Shown: positions 1-9,717, numbered from the stretch's first letter. The stretch: 64,000 nt of DNA from Pseudomonadota bacterium (GCA_021808925.1 JAKBAR010000002.1:5922-69921), one strand, 5' to 3'. The notes: a model not told the origin generated them from the letters alone. Numbers and translations are program-made.

Positions 1-1509
1 GATATTCCGCGTTACGTCGCGTGTAAACACGGTGAAGAGGCCGTCACGTATCTTCACCCCGCCCTTGAGCCGATTTTAAAAGATACTTATGGGGTCATGG
101 TGTATCAAGAACAGGTCATGCATATTGCTCAAAAACTTGGCGGTTATAGTCTTGGCGCTGCTGATATGCTTCGCCGTGCCATGGGTAAAAAAATAAAATC
201 AGAAATGGATGCACAGCGCGCAATCTTTACAAAAGGTGCGATCGAGCAGGGTGTCGCTCCCGATATTGCAAGCCAAATTTTCGATCAAATGGCAAAGTTT
301 GCAGGCTATGGTTTTAATAAATCTCACTCGGCGCCTTACGCACTTCTTGCGTATCAAACGGCCTATCTCAAAGCAAACTATCCAAGCGAATTTTATGCCG
401 CTTCCATGACGTATGATATGCATAATACCGACAAACTTAATGCGTTTCGTCAAGACATGGAGCGTCTTCAGATTCAACTTCTGCCTCCGGATATTAATTT
501 TTCTCAAGCAGAGTTTTGTGTGGAAGAGACCACAAGCCCCTACAAGGGAGGCGTGCGCTATGCTTTAGCTGCTCTTAAAAATGTTGGTACCAGCGCTATG
601 GAGTCCCTCACCCGTGAACGCGAGTTGAATGGTCTTTATAAAAGTGTCGAAGATTTTGTCCAACGCCTCGACCATAGCATTATGAACAAACGTCAGCTTG
701 AGAATCTGATTGCTGCAGGCTGTTTCGATGCTTTGGAAACCAATCGCGCCATGCTCTACCACCATGCAGAGGCGATGCTGCGTTTTGCAGCTTCTCGTAA
801 ACAAGGCGCCACAAGTTCACAACAATCCCTTTTTAGTGCCGCTCCGACTCATCAATCCTTTGCGATGGAGCCTGTGAAAAAATGGGGCCCCCTTGAAAAA
901 CTTACCCATGAGTTTAATGCTCTTTCTTTTTTTCTCTCCTCCCATCCCCTTCAAATTTATACTAACCTTAGAAAATTGGGTGCGATAACATCGGATAAAC
1001 TCTCAAATCTCAGTGATAATACGGCTATAAAGCTCGTCGGTGTTATTATTACAAAAACAGAGCGCACAAGCAAAAATGGCAACAAGTACGCCTTTGTTCA
1101 AATGTCTGATCAGCAAGGTGTTTTCGAGGTTGCCCTTTTTTCTGAGAACTATACAAAAGCACGGGATCTTCTTATTCCTGGCAAAGCCCTTTTTATTACT
1201 GCAACGTTGAGACAAGAGGGGGAAGGCTTTCGTCTGCTTGCGAACAGTGTGAGCTCTCTTGAGGATATTGTTCAAGATCTCACACACAGTCTTCGTCTTC
1301 GCGTGGATACGTCAACTTCTGTGCCGATGATGCAGGCTATTTTATCCGGCTGCGGCCAAGGGCAAACACGCCTTGTGATTCACATTGAGCTCGACAACAT
1401 CCCCACACCTGTGCAGATTTATTTGCCTCAGCGCTATCATGTCACAGCAGATGTGCGCTCCCGTCTCCTTGCGGTTGATGGTGTGAAAGGTCTTGAGGAT
1501 GCTGCTTAG
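1..1509 (+). CDS. dnaE: DNA polymerase III alpha subunit, C-terminal part (5' end lies outside the window)
   Basis: Frame 1 is open from base 1 (DIPRYVACKHGEE...GVMVYQEQVM). Conserved DnaE segments LGGYSLGAADMLRRAMGKK and FNKSHSAPYALLAYQTAYLKANYP are present, followed by an OB-fold-like tail. Stop codon at 1507-1509. Confidence 0.9.
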   Translation, partial: DIPRYVACKHGEEAVTYLHPALEPILKDTYGVMVYQEQVMHIAQKLGGYSLGAADMLRRAMGKKIKSEMDAQRAIFTKGAIEQGVAPDIASQIFDQMAKFAGYGFNKSHSAPYALLAYQTAYLKANYPSEFYAASMTYDMHNTDKLNAFRQDMERLQIQLLPPDINFSQAEFCVEETTSPYKGGVRYALAALKNVGTSAMESLTRERELNGLYKSVEDFVQRLDHSIMNKRQLENLIAAGCFDALETNRAMLYHHAEAMLRFAASRKQGATSSQQSLFSAAPTHQSFAMEPVKKWGPLEKLTHEFNALSFFLSSHPLQIYTNLRKLGAITSDKLSNLSDNTAIKLVGVIITKTERTSKNGNKYAFVQMSDQQGVFEVALFSENYTKARDLLIPGKALFITATLRQEGEGFRLLANSVSSLEDIVQDLTHSLRLRVDTSTSVPMMQAILSGCGQGQTRLVIHIELDNIPTPVQIYLPQRYHVTADVRSRLLAVDGVKGLEDAA

Positions 1510-1574
1510 GATTTTTATCTTTTTTTTCAAAGAAAAAGATTGAAACACAATAGAGTTAGCAAGCCATAAAAAAA

Positions 1575-2969
1575 CTAAAATTCCAACGTTATGGTACCGT
1601 TTAAAGCTTTTTTTAAAATAGACTTGCAATCCGCTTTCATCACTTCAAGATCATCTTGCGTTCTTCCTTCCATACGTACAATAAGGTGATTTCCCGTATT
1701 TGACGCCCGAATAAGCCACCAACCTTTGTCCGTTTCAAAACGCACACCATCTTCCTCACTAAAAGATTTTTGTTGATGTATAAGATCTTTTTTAACACGC
1801 TCAACAGTTGCAAAATTCTCGCCCACCTCAACAGATAATTTAATCTCTGGCGTTGCATCATAGGAAGGCAGAGCATTATTAAGCTCATGCAGTGACATTT
1901 GCATTTCATCAAGCATTCGTAAAACGCGCAAGGCCGCATAGAGACCATCATCATAGCCTTTATTTTCATCTGCAAAAAAAAGATGCCCACTCATCTCCCC
2001 CGCAAAAAGGGCACCTGTTTCTTTCATTTTTGTTTTAATGAAAGAATGGCCCGAACGGGTCAAAAGAGGCACACCCCCATTTTTTTCAATAACTTCCTTA
2101 AAAATCATACTGGATTTAATATCAGCAAGAACCGTTGTCCCTGGTTGATTTTTTAAAAAATGCGCCCCTAAAAGAGTCACTAAACGATCTCCTGCAATCA
2201 TCGCTCCTGTGTGATCCACAACGCCCAAACGATCACCATCCCCATCAAACGCAAAACCAATCGCACACCCCTTACTCACAACACACTCTTTCAAAAGAGC
2301 AAGATTTTTCTCCACTGTTGGATCCGGTTCATGACTTGGAAAATCGCCATTGAGTGTTTCACAAAGAAAAAAATGCTCGCCTGGGATATATTTTTTAATA
2401 TAAGGTGCAAGCACAGACATGGCCCCATGACCAAAATCCCACGCCACACGCAACTTTGTAGCCGTTTTCGCAAGTGCCTGACGGGTATGCTGTATATAAT
2501 CTTCGAATATATTTTTTGCATGATAGTGTCCTTTTTCCTCTGGAGAAGGGCACGCCGGCAGTGATGCAAACGCATGCAATGCATCACCACATATATTTTG
2601 CCCAAGGAGAAGAATTTTAAAACCATTATCCTGCTTAGGATTGTGGGACGCTGTAATTACAACAAGTCCTTCTATTTTCTCAAAAAACGAGGCGTAATAG
2701 CCAAGAGGTGACGGGCCTACACCAAAATCTAGAACGTGAATACCTTGACAAAGAAGCGATTCGATAAGGACTTTGTGAAGCGCGGGTGAACTATGGCGAC
2801 CGTCGCGCACAATCCCCATGGTACACGTCTTTGAGGGATGATACCGCTTAAAATACGCTGCGATTTTTTGCCCTAAAAGAGTGGCATCTTGAGGAAAAAG
2901 ATTTTCACCAAAGGTTCCGCGGATATCATAAGCACGCAAAATAGAAGGGTGAAAGGAAAGATCTGTCAT
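1575..2969 (-). CDS. phosphomannomutase/phosphoglucomutase (alpha-D-phosphohexomutase family)
   Basis: 464 aa. Carries the catalytic Ser loop TASHNP, the Mg loop FDGDGDR and the sugar loop GEMSGH. Confidence 0.85.
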   Translation of the reverse strand: MTDLSFHPSILRAYDIRGTFGENLFPQDATLLGQKIAAYFKRYHPSKTCTMGIVRDGRHSSPALHKVLIESLLCQGIHVLDFGVGPSPLGYYASFFEKIEGLVVITASHNPKQDNGFKILLLGQNICGDALHAFASLPACPSPEEKGHYHAKNIFEDYIQHTRQALAKTATKLRVAWDFGHGAMSVLAPYIKKYIPGEHFFLCETLNGDFPSHEPDPTVEKNLALLKECVVSKGCAIGFAFDGDGDRLGVVDHTGAMIAGDRLVTLLGAHFLKNQPGTTVLADIKSSMIFKEVIEKNGGVPLLTRSGHSFIKTKMKETGALFAGEMSGHLFFADENKGYDDGLYAALRVLRMLDEMQMSLHELNNALPSYDATPEIKLSVEVGENFATVERVKKDLIHQQKSFSEEDGVRFETDKGWWLIRASNTGNHLIVRMEGRTQDDLEVMKADCKSILKKALNGTITLEF

Positions 2970-3038
2970 ACTTGAAAATGAAAAAAGGATACCATTGATA
3001 TAGTATCCTTTTTAATTGTTTTGAAAGCGAAGAGAAAC

Positions 3039-3494
3039 TTATTTCTTTTCCTCAGGCTTTGCTTCTTCAGCCTTAGGCTCTTCTTTTTTCTCTTCAGCCT
3101 TAGCGCCTTCTGCAGCTTTTTCATCTTTTTTAGGTTCTTCTTTTTTTTCTTTTTTCGCTTTAGCAGCCTCAAGCTTTTTAGCAGCAGCCTCAAGTTTCTT
3201 AGCAGCGCCATCAACGTTCATCGCCGCTTGATGGATGGTCCTAAGGCATGTTTGGTCTTCATCTGTCACATGCTTCATTGCCTCTGTCATTTTTGCAACA
3301 GCCTCGTTCCACGCTTTTTCAACGTCAGCTTTTGTCATCTTTTCCTGTTTGTTTTTGTGATGAACAGGCGCATTTATTGCGACAGGCTCGGATGTAGGCT
3401 GATCAGCTGGAACTTCTTCCTGAGTAGCGAATACGGGTGTTACAAGAGTTGCGCTTGTCAAAAGCGCTGCGAGTGTAAAAAGTACTTTTTTCAT
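3039..3494 (-). CDS. secreted Lys/Glu/Ala-rich low-complexity protein (hypothetical)
   Basis: Sec-type signal peptide MKKVLFTLAALLTSATLVTPVFA. K/E/A/P-only C-terminal tail with repeated AAKKLEAA units. The ATG is preceded by an AT-rich leader. Confidence 0.6.
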   Translation of the reverse strand: MKKVLFTLAALLTSATLVTPVFATQEEVPADQPTSEPVAINAPVHHKNKQEKMTKADVEKAWNEAVAKMTEAMKHVTDEDQTCLRTIHQAAMNVDGAAKKLEAAAKKLEAAKAKKEKKEEPKKDEKAAEGAKAEEKKEEPKAEEAKPEEKK

Positions 3495-3593
3495 AAGAAT
3501 TTAATCCTTCAGTTAGTGTTAAATCACATCAATAAAATTTTAACATCTTTTAATCCAAATGGAAGAGCTGTTTTCACACAAATCTTCCAACCT

Positions 3594-4604
3594 ATGCTAA
3601 AAAGGTACAAGAAAATCCTTAATAAATCTTTAACGCCTGTGAGAATTTTAACCGTTATCCTCAATCATGACACCCCAGAACGCTTGGATAAAGGCCTTTT
3701 GCCACTCTTTCAAGAGCTTTGTCCAGAACTCACACGCAATCGCTTTCAAGACCTGATTCGACAAAAAAGCCTTTTGCATAATGATCATATTGTCCAGAAA
3801 AGTAACATAAAAGCCACACAGGGAATCTATAAACTGACACTGGATGACCCCAAACCCTCTCACATTATCCCAAAAGATATCGCGCTTGATATTCTTTATG
3901 AGGATGACGATGTCCTTGTCATTAATAAACAAGCAGACCTCACGGTTCATCCGGGCGCAGGCACAGAGGATGATACCCTTGTGAATGGATTGCTCCACCA
4001 CTTTGGTGATTCATTATCAGGCATCGGCGGGGTTCAGCGCCCGGGGATTGTGCACCGCCTAGATAAGAATACAACAGGGCTTATGGTCATTGCTAAAAAT
4101 GATTATGCGCATCAAAAGCTGAGTGAGCAATTTGCAGATCGCTCCTTGTCGCGCACATATATTGCTTTTGTTTTTGGCATACCTGTTCCAAGGGAGGGAC
4201 GCATTGATAAACCCATAGGCCGTCACCCCACACACCGGCAAAAAATGACCGTTGTGAAGGAACCTTATGGAAAAAATGCGATTACTCTTTATAAAACACT
4301 TCAAAGTTGGGTCGTCGATGAGAAAAAAAACCTCAGTTACGCCAAAGTCCGCTGCACTCTTTTGACTGGCCGCACCCATCAAATTCGTGTGCATATGCAA
4401 AGTATCGGTCACCCCCTCATTGGCGACCCTCTTTATGGCAAAAAAACCTTATCTCAATCCTGGCCAGAGGTGATTTTACACTTTCCCCGTCAAGCCCTTC
4501 ATGCAACAGAAATACGTTTTATCCACCCCCGCTCGGGAGAAACCCTCACCTTCACAGCGCCCCTTCCCTCTGACATGTCCATCCTACAAATGCACAATGA
4601 ATAG
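3594..4604 (+). CDS. rluD: 23S rRNA pseudouridine synthase, RluD-like (RluA family)
   Basis: S4-like N-terminus (ERLDKGL...). Catalytic motif GIVHRLDKNTTGLMVIAK, then TGRTHQIRVH. I placed the start at the ATG at 3594, because the upstream part of the 527-aa track ORF is an antisense shadow of 3039-3494. Confidence 0.8.
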   Translation: MLKRYKKILNKSLTPVRILTVILNHDTPERLDKGLLPLFQELCPELTRNRFQDLIRQKSLLHNDHIVQKSNIKATQGIYKLTLDDPKPSHIIPKDIALDILYEDDDVLVINKQADLTVHPGAGTEDDTLVNGLLHHFGDSLSGIGGVQRPGIVHRLDKNTTGLMVIAKNDYAHQKLSEQFADRSLSRTYIAFVFGIPVPREGRIDKPIGRHPTHRQKMTVVKEPYGKNAITLYKTLQSWVVDEKKNLSYAKVRCTLLTGRTHQIRVHMQSIGHPLIGDPLYGKKTLSQSWPEVILHFPRQALHATEIRFIHPRSGETLTFTAPLPSDMSILQMHNE

Positions 4605-4740
4605 AAAATCAAATTGTGAGGAGGGGCCGCATGCACTTTTTTTCTAATATAGAGCGCAAGGTTAACCCTTTCTTTACTTTTCTCTGTTATCTATAGAGAT
4701 GGGTGATCAATCATTAACTTTAATAAAATGGAGTAATTTT

Positions 4741-5429
4741 ATGAAAAAGATTTTAACACTAATGTCATTAATATCTATGGGGGGGGGGTAGCATTTGACC
4801 TTTCTCCTGTGAGGGCGAGTGAGGAGGAGACTCATGAACTGAATCAGGCCATGAATCAGATCAATAGTGAAAGAAGGGATATTGAAAAAATTCAAAAGCT
4901 TAAGAGTGAGTTTGATGAGAAAATCAAAAAACTCGAGGAGAACATAAAAAAGCTTGAAAAAGAAAACGACATTTGGGGAGAGAAGCACAGCGGGCTTTTG
5001 CAGGATATTTCCAAGCTTCACAAAAAACTCAAAGAAAAAGATGAGGAAATTGAACGCCTCACAAATAGCCCTAATAATATGCCCCCCGTGCTACAGCTCA
5101 TCATGCTTACTCGCGATTTAAAGAGTCTTGATCTTGATAAGAAGAATTTAACAAACAATGACAGAGATACACTTGATCGCGTCTTTGGTAGGGTTGCTCA
5201 TCAGTATCATTTTGAGATTTTTAAATCAATCTATGAGCTCCAAGACAAGCTCAAAGACACGATCTTGTTGGATGAAAAATCTCAGAAAATAGCGCAAAAA
5301 TGCTATGATAAGATCTTCCAGTCTTTAAAGAAAACTTATGATGATGAGTCAACGAGCGAGAATCTCCGCTCAGCAATAGAAAATCTTTTTGAAAAGTACG
5401 AATATTTTTCTGATGAAGATAAGGATTAG
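4741..5429 (+). pseudogene. coiled-coil protein gene interrupted at a G10 homopolymer (phase-variable or frameshifted)
   Basis: GGAG at 4730-4733 lies 7 nt upstream of the ATG at 4741. The reading MKKILTLMSLISMGGG then hits TAG at 4789. The 206-codon body (track ORF 4809-5429) is open in the frame reached by +1 G or -2 G, and it has no SD of its own. Confidence 0.55.
4779..4788. repeat. G10 homopolymeric tract
   Basis: Ten consecutive G read directly from the sequence (atatctatgg ggggggggta). Confidence 0.95.
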
Positions 5430-5445
5430 TATTTACCTAAAAAAA

Positions 5446-5470
5446 GGGAGCGCAGCACGTATGTGCTCCC
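5446..5470. terminator. stem-loop downstream of the coiled-coil gene
   Basis: gggagc...gctccc stem, extendable to about 9 bp, with an A7 run on its 5' side. There is no clear T run on the + strand. Confidence 0.35.
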
Positions 5471-5608
5471 TCAATCCAAAAAAATCAGTCAAATCCCCCT
5501 TAAAACACTTTAAAGATAGCTTTATCCCTTAAATTCACCTATTTTAAGGACGAGTGCCCTTTGGCCGCCAAGAACACTCTTTTTTTCAAAAATTTTTAGG
5601 ATACACCT

Positions 5609-6691
5609 ATGTCTTTTCGAGCTAAACTCAGCCGCGTTGTTGATCGGCACAATGACCTCAGCACACTCATGTCTGCACAGGGCCTTGACCCTGCTGAATT
5701 CGCAAAACTCTCCAAGGAATACTCGGATTTAACGCCTGTGAAAGAAGCAATCTTAGAGCTTTTTGAGGCAGAAAAACAGCTGGCCGACCTTGAGGAGATG
5801 CTCAAAGATTCAACAACGGACCGTGAATTTAAAGACCTTGCCCAGCAAGAAATTCTTGACCTTAAAGAAAAAATGCCAACCCTCGAGCTCAATATTAAAG
5901 TTCTCCTTTTGCCCAAAGACATGGATGACGAGCGCAATGCAATTTTAGAAGTCCGTGCAGGCACAGGCGGTGACGAAGCGGGTCTTTTTGCCGCAGATTT
6001 GTTTCGCATGTATCAACGGTATGCAGCGCTTAAGGGATGGAAAGTCGATATTTTAAACCTCAGTGAAACGGGTGTAGGCGGCGTTAAAGAGGCTAGCATG
6101 TCGATTATGGGCAAGGGTGTTTTCGCCCGTCTTAAATATGAATCCGGTGTGCACCGTGTGCAGCGTGTGCCAGAAACAGAGGCCAGCGGCCGCATTCACA
6201 CTTCTGCGGCAACTGTAGCTGTGCTTCCTGAAGCCGAAGACGTGGATATTCATATCGAAGAGAAAGACCTTTTGATTGATGTGTACCGTGCGTCAGGTGC
6301 CGGCGGACAGCACGTGAATACAACAGATTCGGCCGTGCGTATTACCCATCTTCCCACAAATACTGTTGTGACGTGTCAAGATGAGCGCTCTCAGCATAAA
6401 AACAAGGCTAAGGCCATGAAAATCTTACGCGCCCGTATTTACGAGGTTGAGCGTCAGCGCAAAGACGCAGAGCGTGCTGCATCGCGTAAATCACAAGTCG
6501 GCTCTGGAGACCGGTCTGAACGCATTCGCACCTATAATTTTCCCCAAGGGCGCGTGAGTGATCACCGTGTGAATTTGACGCTTTATAAAATTGCTTTGAT
6601 TATGCAAGGTGAGGCATTAGACGAAGTGATTGATGTTCTTATCTCAGAAGACCAAGCGGCAAAGCTTGCTGATGCGGGTATTGATAACTAA
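5609..6691 (+). CDS. prfA: peptide chain release factor 1
   Basis: 360 aa. GGQ motif ([19 protein letters not shown]). RF1-type PxT tripeptide region [17 protein letters not shown]. No SPF motif and no frameshift site. Confidence 0.92.
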   Translation: MSFRAKLSRVVDRHNDLSTLMSAQGLDPAEFAKLSKEYSDLTPVKEAILELFEAEKQLADLEEMLKDSTTDREFKDLAQQEILDLKEKMPTLELNIKVLLLPKDMDDERNAILEVRAGTGGDEAGLFAADLFRMYQRYAALKGWKVDILNLSETGVGGVKEASMSIMGKGVFARLKYESGVHRVQRVPETEASGRIHTSAATVAVLPEAEDVDIHIEEKDLLIDVYRASGAGGQHVNTTDSAVRITHLPTNTVVTCQDERSQHKNKAKAMKILRARIYEVERQRKDAERAASRKSQVGSGDRSERIRTYNFPQGRVSDHRVNLTLYKIALIMQGEALDEVIDVLISEDQAAKLADAGIDN

Positions 6692-6699
6692 TAAAAAAA

Positions 6700-6717
6700 G
6701 GGGGAATACAGCCCCCC
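6700..6717. terminator. bidirectional stem-loop between convergent prfA and the small minus-strand gene
   Basis: ggggg-aatacag-cccccc hairpin. It is flanked by an A7 run on the + strand, which is a T7 run after the hairpin on the - strand. Confidence 0.55.
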
Positions 6718-6729
6718 TCTCTTCAAAAA

Positions 6730-7145
6730 CTAGTTTTTATTCAAAATAGTCCTAATATCATCAAAATCGTTGCCACTGTATTGTACAAATACCTTGATAG
6801 ATATATCATCTGAAATACGATCACTTGAAATACGCGTCTTTTTTATGGAAAAATCACTCAATTCCTTTTCTGTTTGAGTAGCTATATATTGAAGACAACC
6901 TGGAACCTTGACCTCTTTGTTGTTTTTTCCAAGAATATAGTCTGCAATAGTCCAGCGATTTTCATTAAATTTTTGCTTACTTCGATATAATTTTCATTAT
7001 CTTTACCAGTCAGAAAAACAATGGCAGGAAGCAACGTTTTATAGTCTTTTTCATTAATGACAATTTTCTCACCCTCACTTGCAACGACCTGCGTTGCGCC
7101 GATACACAAAGTGAGAGCGATGATAAGTTTCTTTAGTTTTGACAT
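6730..7145 (-). pseudogene. small secreted protein gene split by a frameshift at an A6 run
   Basis: The track ORF 6882-7145 has the signal peptide MSKLKKLIIALTLCIGATQVVA and stops at 6882. The -1 frame continues open for 50 more codons (…ATQTEKELSDFSIKK…ILNKN) to a stop at 6730-6732. The two frames meet at the T6 run at 6923-6928 on the + strand. The terminator hairpin follows the distal stop. Confidence 0.45.
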
Positions 7146-7208
7146 ACTATTTTCCTTACATTACATATTAAAAGCTCATTGTTAGCACAAACAATAATTG
7201 ATTAAAAA

Positions 7209-7646
7209 TTATTCCCGGTGATAAGGATGCCCGTTAAGAATAAGCGTTGCACGGTACATTTGCTCCATCAACATACCACGCACAAGCATATGAGGCCACG
7301 TGAGCTTTCCAAAAGATAAAAGATGGTGACAACGCTGGCGCACACCATCACTTAAGCCGTCTGCGCCGCCGATGAGAAAACAAATATTTTTATAGGTTCC
7401 TAATTGCGCTGCCAAAAATTGCGCAAAGGGAATACTTGCATAGTCTTTCCCCTGTTCATCTAAACCTATGATACAGTCAGATTCCCTTATGTGCTTGAGG
7501 AAAAATTTTTCTTCTGCTTCCTTGGTCGATTGTTTCAGCTGGATAATCTCAACATGGCTAAGGCGTTTTTTATATTGCTGAAAAAGATCATACTCAGGAC
7601 CGCTTTTAAGCTGGCCCACAGCAATTATTTTAAAAGGAAGGTGCAA
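7209..7646 (-). CDS. rlmH: 23S rRNA (pseudouridine1915-N3)-methyltransferase RlmH
   Basis: 145 aa SPOUT protein with IGGADGLS and the C-terminal LILNGHPYHRE signature. Confidence 0.88.
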   Translation of the reverse strand: MHLPFKIIAVGQLKSGPEYDLFQQYKKRLSHVEIIQLKQSTKEAEEKFFLKHIRESDCIIGLDEQGKDYASIPFAQFLAAQLGTYKNICFLIGGADGLSDGVRQRCHHLLSFGKLTWPHMLVRGMLMEQMYRATLILNGHPYHRE

Positions 7647-7649
7647 GGT

Positions 7650-8045
7650 TTAGGCTGCCCACATTTTCTCAAGGTTATAACGCTCTCGAACCTCGGGACG
7701 AAAAATATGAACAACAACATCTCCGGCATCAATCAAAACCCAATCCCCTTGTTCCTCTCCCTCAATGGTTGCATAAATACCCTGGTTTTTAAGCACGCGC
7801 AGCAAATGATCGCCAAGCGCCACAACCTGACGAGAGACACTTCCCGATGCAATCACAAGAAAATCACAAAAACTTGCCTTTCCGCGAATATCGAGAGTGA
7901 TTACATTTTGTGCTTTTTTCTCATCTAAAACTTTCGCAAGCATCTCTGTTAAGGCTTGAGGTGAGAGAGTTTGCTCTTTCTGCGACACCTCAAAAGCAAG
8001 TGTTTCTGTCATTGAAGAGAATCTTTCATGATTTATTTTTTCCAC
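7650..8045 (-). CDS. rsfS: ribosomal silencing factor RsfS
   Basis: 131 aa with DWVLIDAGDVVVHIFRPEVRERYNLEKMW. Shows the conserved rsfS-rlmH adjacency. Confidence 0.88.
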   Translation of the reverse strand: MEKINHERFSSMTETLAFEVSQKEQTLSPQALTEMLAKVLDEKKAQNVITLDIRGKASFCDFLVIASGSVSRQVVALGDHLLRVLKNQGIYATIEGEEQGDWVLIDAGDVVVHIFRPEVRERYNLEKMWAA

Positions 8046-8156
8046 CCAGGTTAAACGTTTGCAACCTCAAGAGGCAAGAAAATTATGCCCATTCCTTGAA
8101 ATTATTATCTAAAAAAGAGCAGAAAAAATCAATTTATCATTACTTTTTCTTTGAAA

Positions 8157-9554
8157 CTACCCCACTTTTTTATGCAAAAAAGCATCCACAACTTTCGATA
8201 CATAGCTCCCCTTGGATCCTTTGACAAAAACAAGATCATTCTCATGAACAGCATGCATGACAATAGGGATTAATCCCTCGGGTGTTTCTGAATAGCCACC
8301 TTTTTTCGCAAGAGGCAGCACATCATAAAGATATTTCATATCCGTCCCTGACGCAAACACAAGGTCGACACCAACACTATCGATCACAAGAGAAAGGGCT
8401 TTGTGATATTCTGGACTCCCCTGCCCTAACTCCTTCATATCGCCAAGAACAGCTATTTTACGCCCCTTTTTATCAATCGAATCAATTGCGCCTAAAACAG
8501 AAAGCCCCGCACGCATCGAGGATGGATTCGCATTGTAAGCGTCATCGATCAATGTTAAATACCCATTTTTAAAAGGCAACACATGCCTCAACCCACGTCC
8601 TCGAACAGGCGAAAAATCCTTAAAGAACGGCAGCGCATCCTCGATCGATAGACCAAAAGATTCAACCGCAAGAAGTACCGCTAAGGAGTTAAGAGCAGAA
8701 TGTTCTCCCGGTATGCCTAAAATATATACGTAGGTTTTCTCACCTATTTTAACGGTAACTTCGCCCCCTGTTCCCTGATTATTGGGCTTAAACGTTAAAA
8801 GTTGCGCATAAGCCCCCTCTTGTTTGCCAAAAGTTTTAATATGTTCAATACTAAAAGAACGTGCTTTTTTAAGGAGAGTAGAGGTATGCTTTGTGTCATG
8901 GGGAAAAATCGCTGTACCATTTGAGTCAAGCCCCCGCATCACCTCAGATTTCTCCTCAGCAATCGCCTCCTCGGATCCCATTAAACCGATATGAGATTCC
9001 CCTAGACTCGTAATTATCGCAACATGGGGCCTTACCATCATCGTTAATGGCGCAATCTCGCCGGGATTATTCATGCCAACCTCAAAAACACCAAAGTCAG
9101 TATCTTTTTCAATGTGAGCTAAGCTGAAAGGCACACCAATATCATTATTGTAACTCTCCCGTGAGTATATCACTTTTCCTACTTTGCCCAAAATGAACGC
9201 AAGCATTTCTTTCGTTGTCGTTTTTCCAGCACTTCCTGTAATAGCAGCAACCTTTGCCTCTGTTTTTTGGCGTGCAAAAGCAGCCAATTGCTCCATTGCT
9301 TTTCGCGCGGAGGGAACAAGAATTTGTTTTGCTGCGGGAATGTGATCTTGGATTTTTTCAACAAAAACAGCTATGGCTCCTTTGTGAAGAGCCTCACTCA
9401 CATAAAAATGACCATCACTATTTTCACCTCTAAGCGCAAAGAAAAGATCACCTTTTTTAACTGTGCGGCTATCAATCGAAATCCCTGTACATGGCTGAGA
9501 AAGACTAATCCCACTTATATTCAGAGCTTGTTCAATCTCTTTTGATGTCCACAT
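8157..9554 (-). CDS. murF: UDP-N-acetylmuramoyl-tripeptide--D-alanyl-D-alanine ligase
   Basis: 465 aa Mur ligase. P-loop ITGSAGKTTTKEML and a C-terminal DAYNANPSSM motif. Confidence 0.85.
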   Translation of the reverse strand: MWTSKEIEQALNISGISLSQPCTGISIDSRTVKKGDLFFALRGENSDGHFYVSEALHKGAIAVFVEKIQDHIPAAKQILVPSARKAMEQLAAFARQKTEAKVAAITGSAGKTTTKEMLAFILGKVGKVIYSRESYNNDIGVPFSLAHIEKDTDFGVFEVGMNNPGEIAPLTMMVRPHVAIITSLGESHIGLMGSEEAIAEEKSEVMRGLDSNGTAIFPHDTKHTSTLLKKARSFSIEHIKTFGKQEGAYAQLLTFKPNNQGTGGEVTVKIGEKTYVYILGIPGEHSALNSLAVLLAVESFGLSIEDALPFFKDFSPVRGRGLRHVLPFKNGYLTLIDDAYNANPSSMRAGLSVLGAIDSIDKKGRKIAVLGDMKELGQGSPEYHKALSLVIDSVGVDLVFASGTDMKYLYDVLPLAKKGGYSETPEGLIPIVMHAVHENDLVFVKGSKGSYVSKVVDAFLHKKVG

Positions 9555-9662
9555 AGTGCACTTACTCCCTTTGTTTTGATAAATTACAAAAAAATTTTTC
9601 TAATTTACGTAATGTATCCTAATTTTCAGGATTTGATAACACTTATGCGCACTCTTGTGCAC

Positions 9663-9689
9663 AAAAAAAACCCCGCCAAGCTGACGGGG
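9663..9689 (-). terminator. Rho-independent terminator of gene 9718-10794
   Basis: ccccg(cc)-aagctga-cgggg hairpin at 9671-9689. On the - strand it is followed by a T8 run (A8 at 9663-9670 on the + strand). Confidence 0.65.
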
Positions 9690-9717
9690 TTCATTAAAAA
9701 TTAAAAAAATTAACGCA

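Noticed and set aside
3021-3593. The N-terminal 191 codons of the 527-aa track ORF, a poly-Phe/Leu/Ser 'protein' fused to rluD.
   Set aside because: It is the antisense shadow of the K/E/A-rich gene 3039-3494, whose purine-rich codons leave the complement open. RluD homology (the S4 domain) begins only after the ATG at 3594.
6160-6200. The RF1 tripeptide reads P-E-T rather than the P-A-T or P-V-T forms I remember. Considered as a sign of altered stop-codon recognition.
   Set aside because: The middle residue of PxT is variable among RF1 proteins. All three stop codons (TAA, TAG, TGA) are used by confidently called genes in this window, so there is no sign of reassignment.
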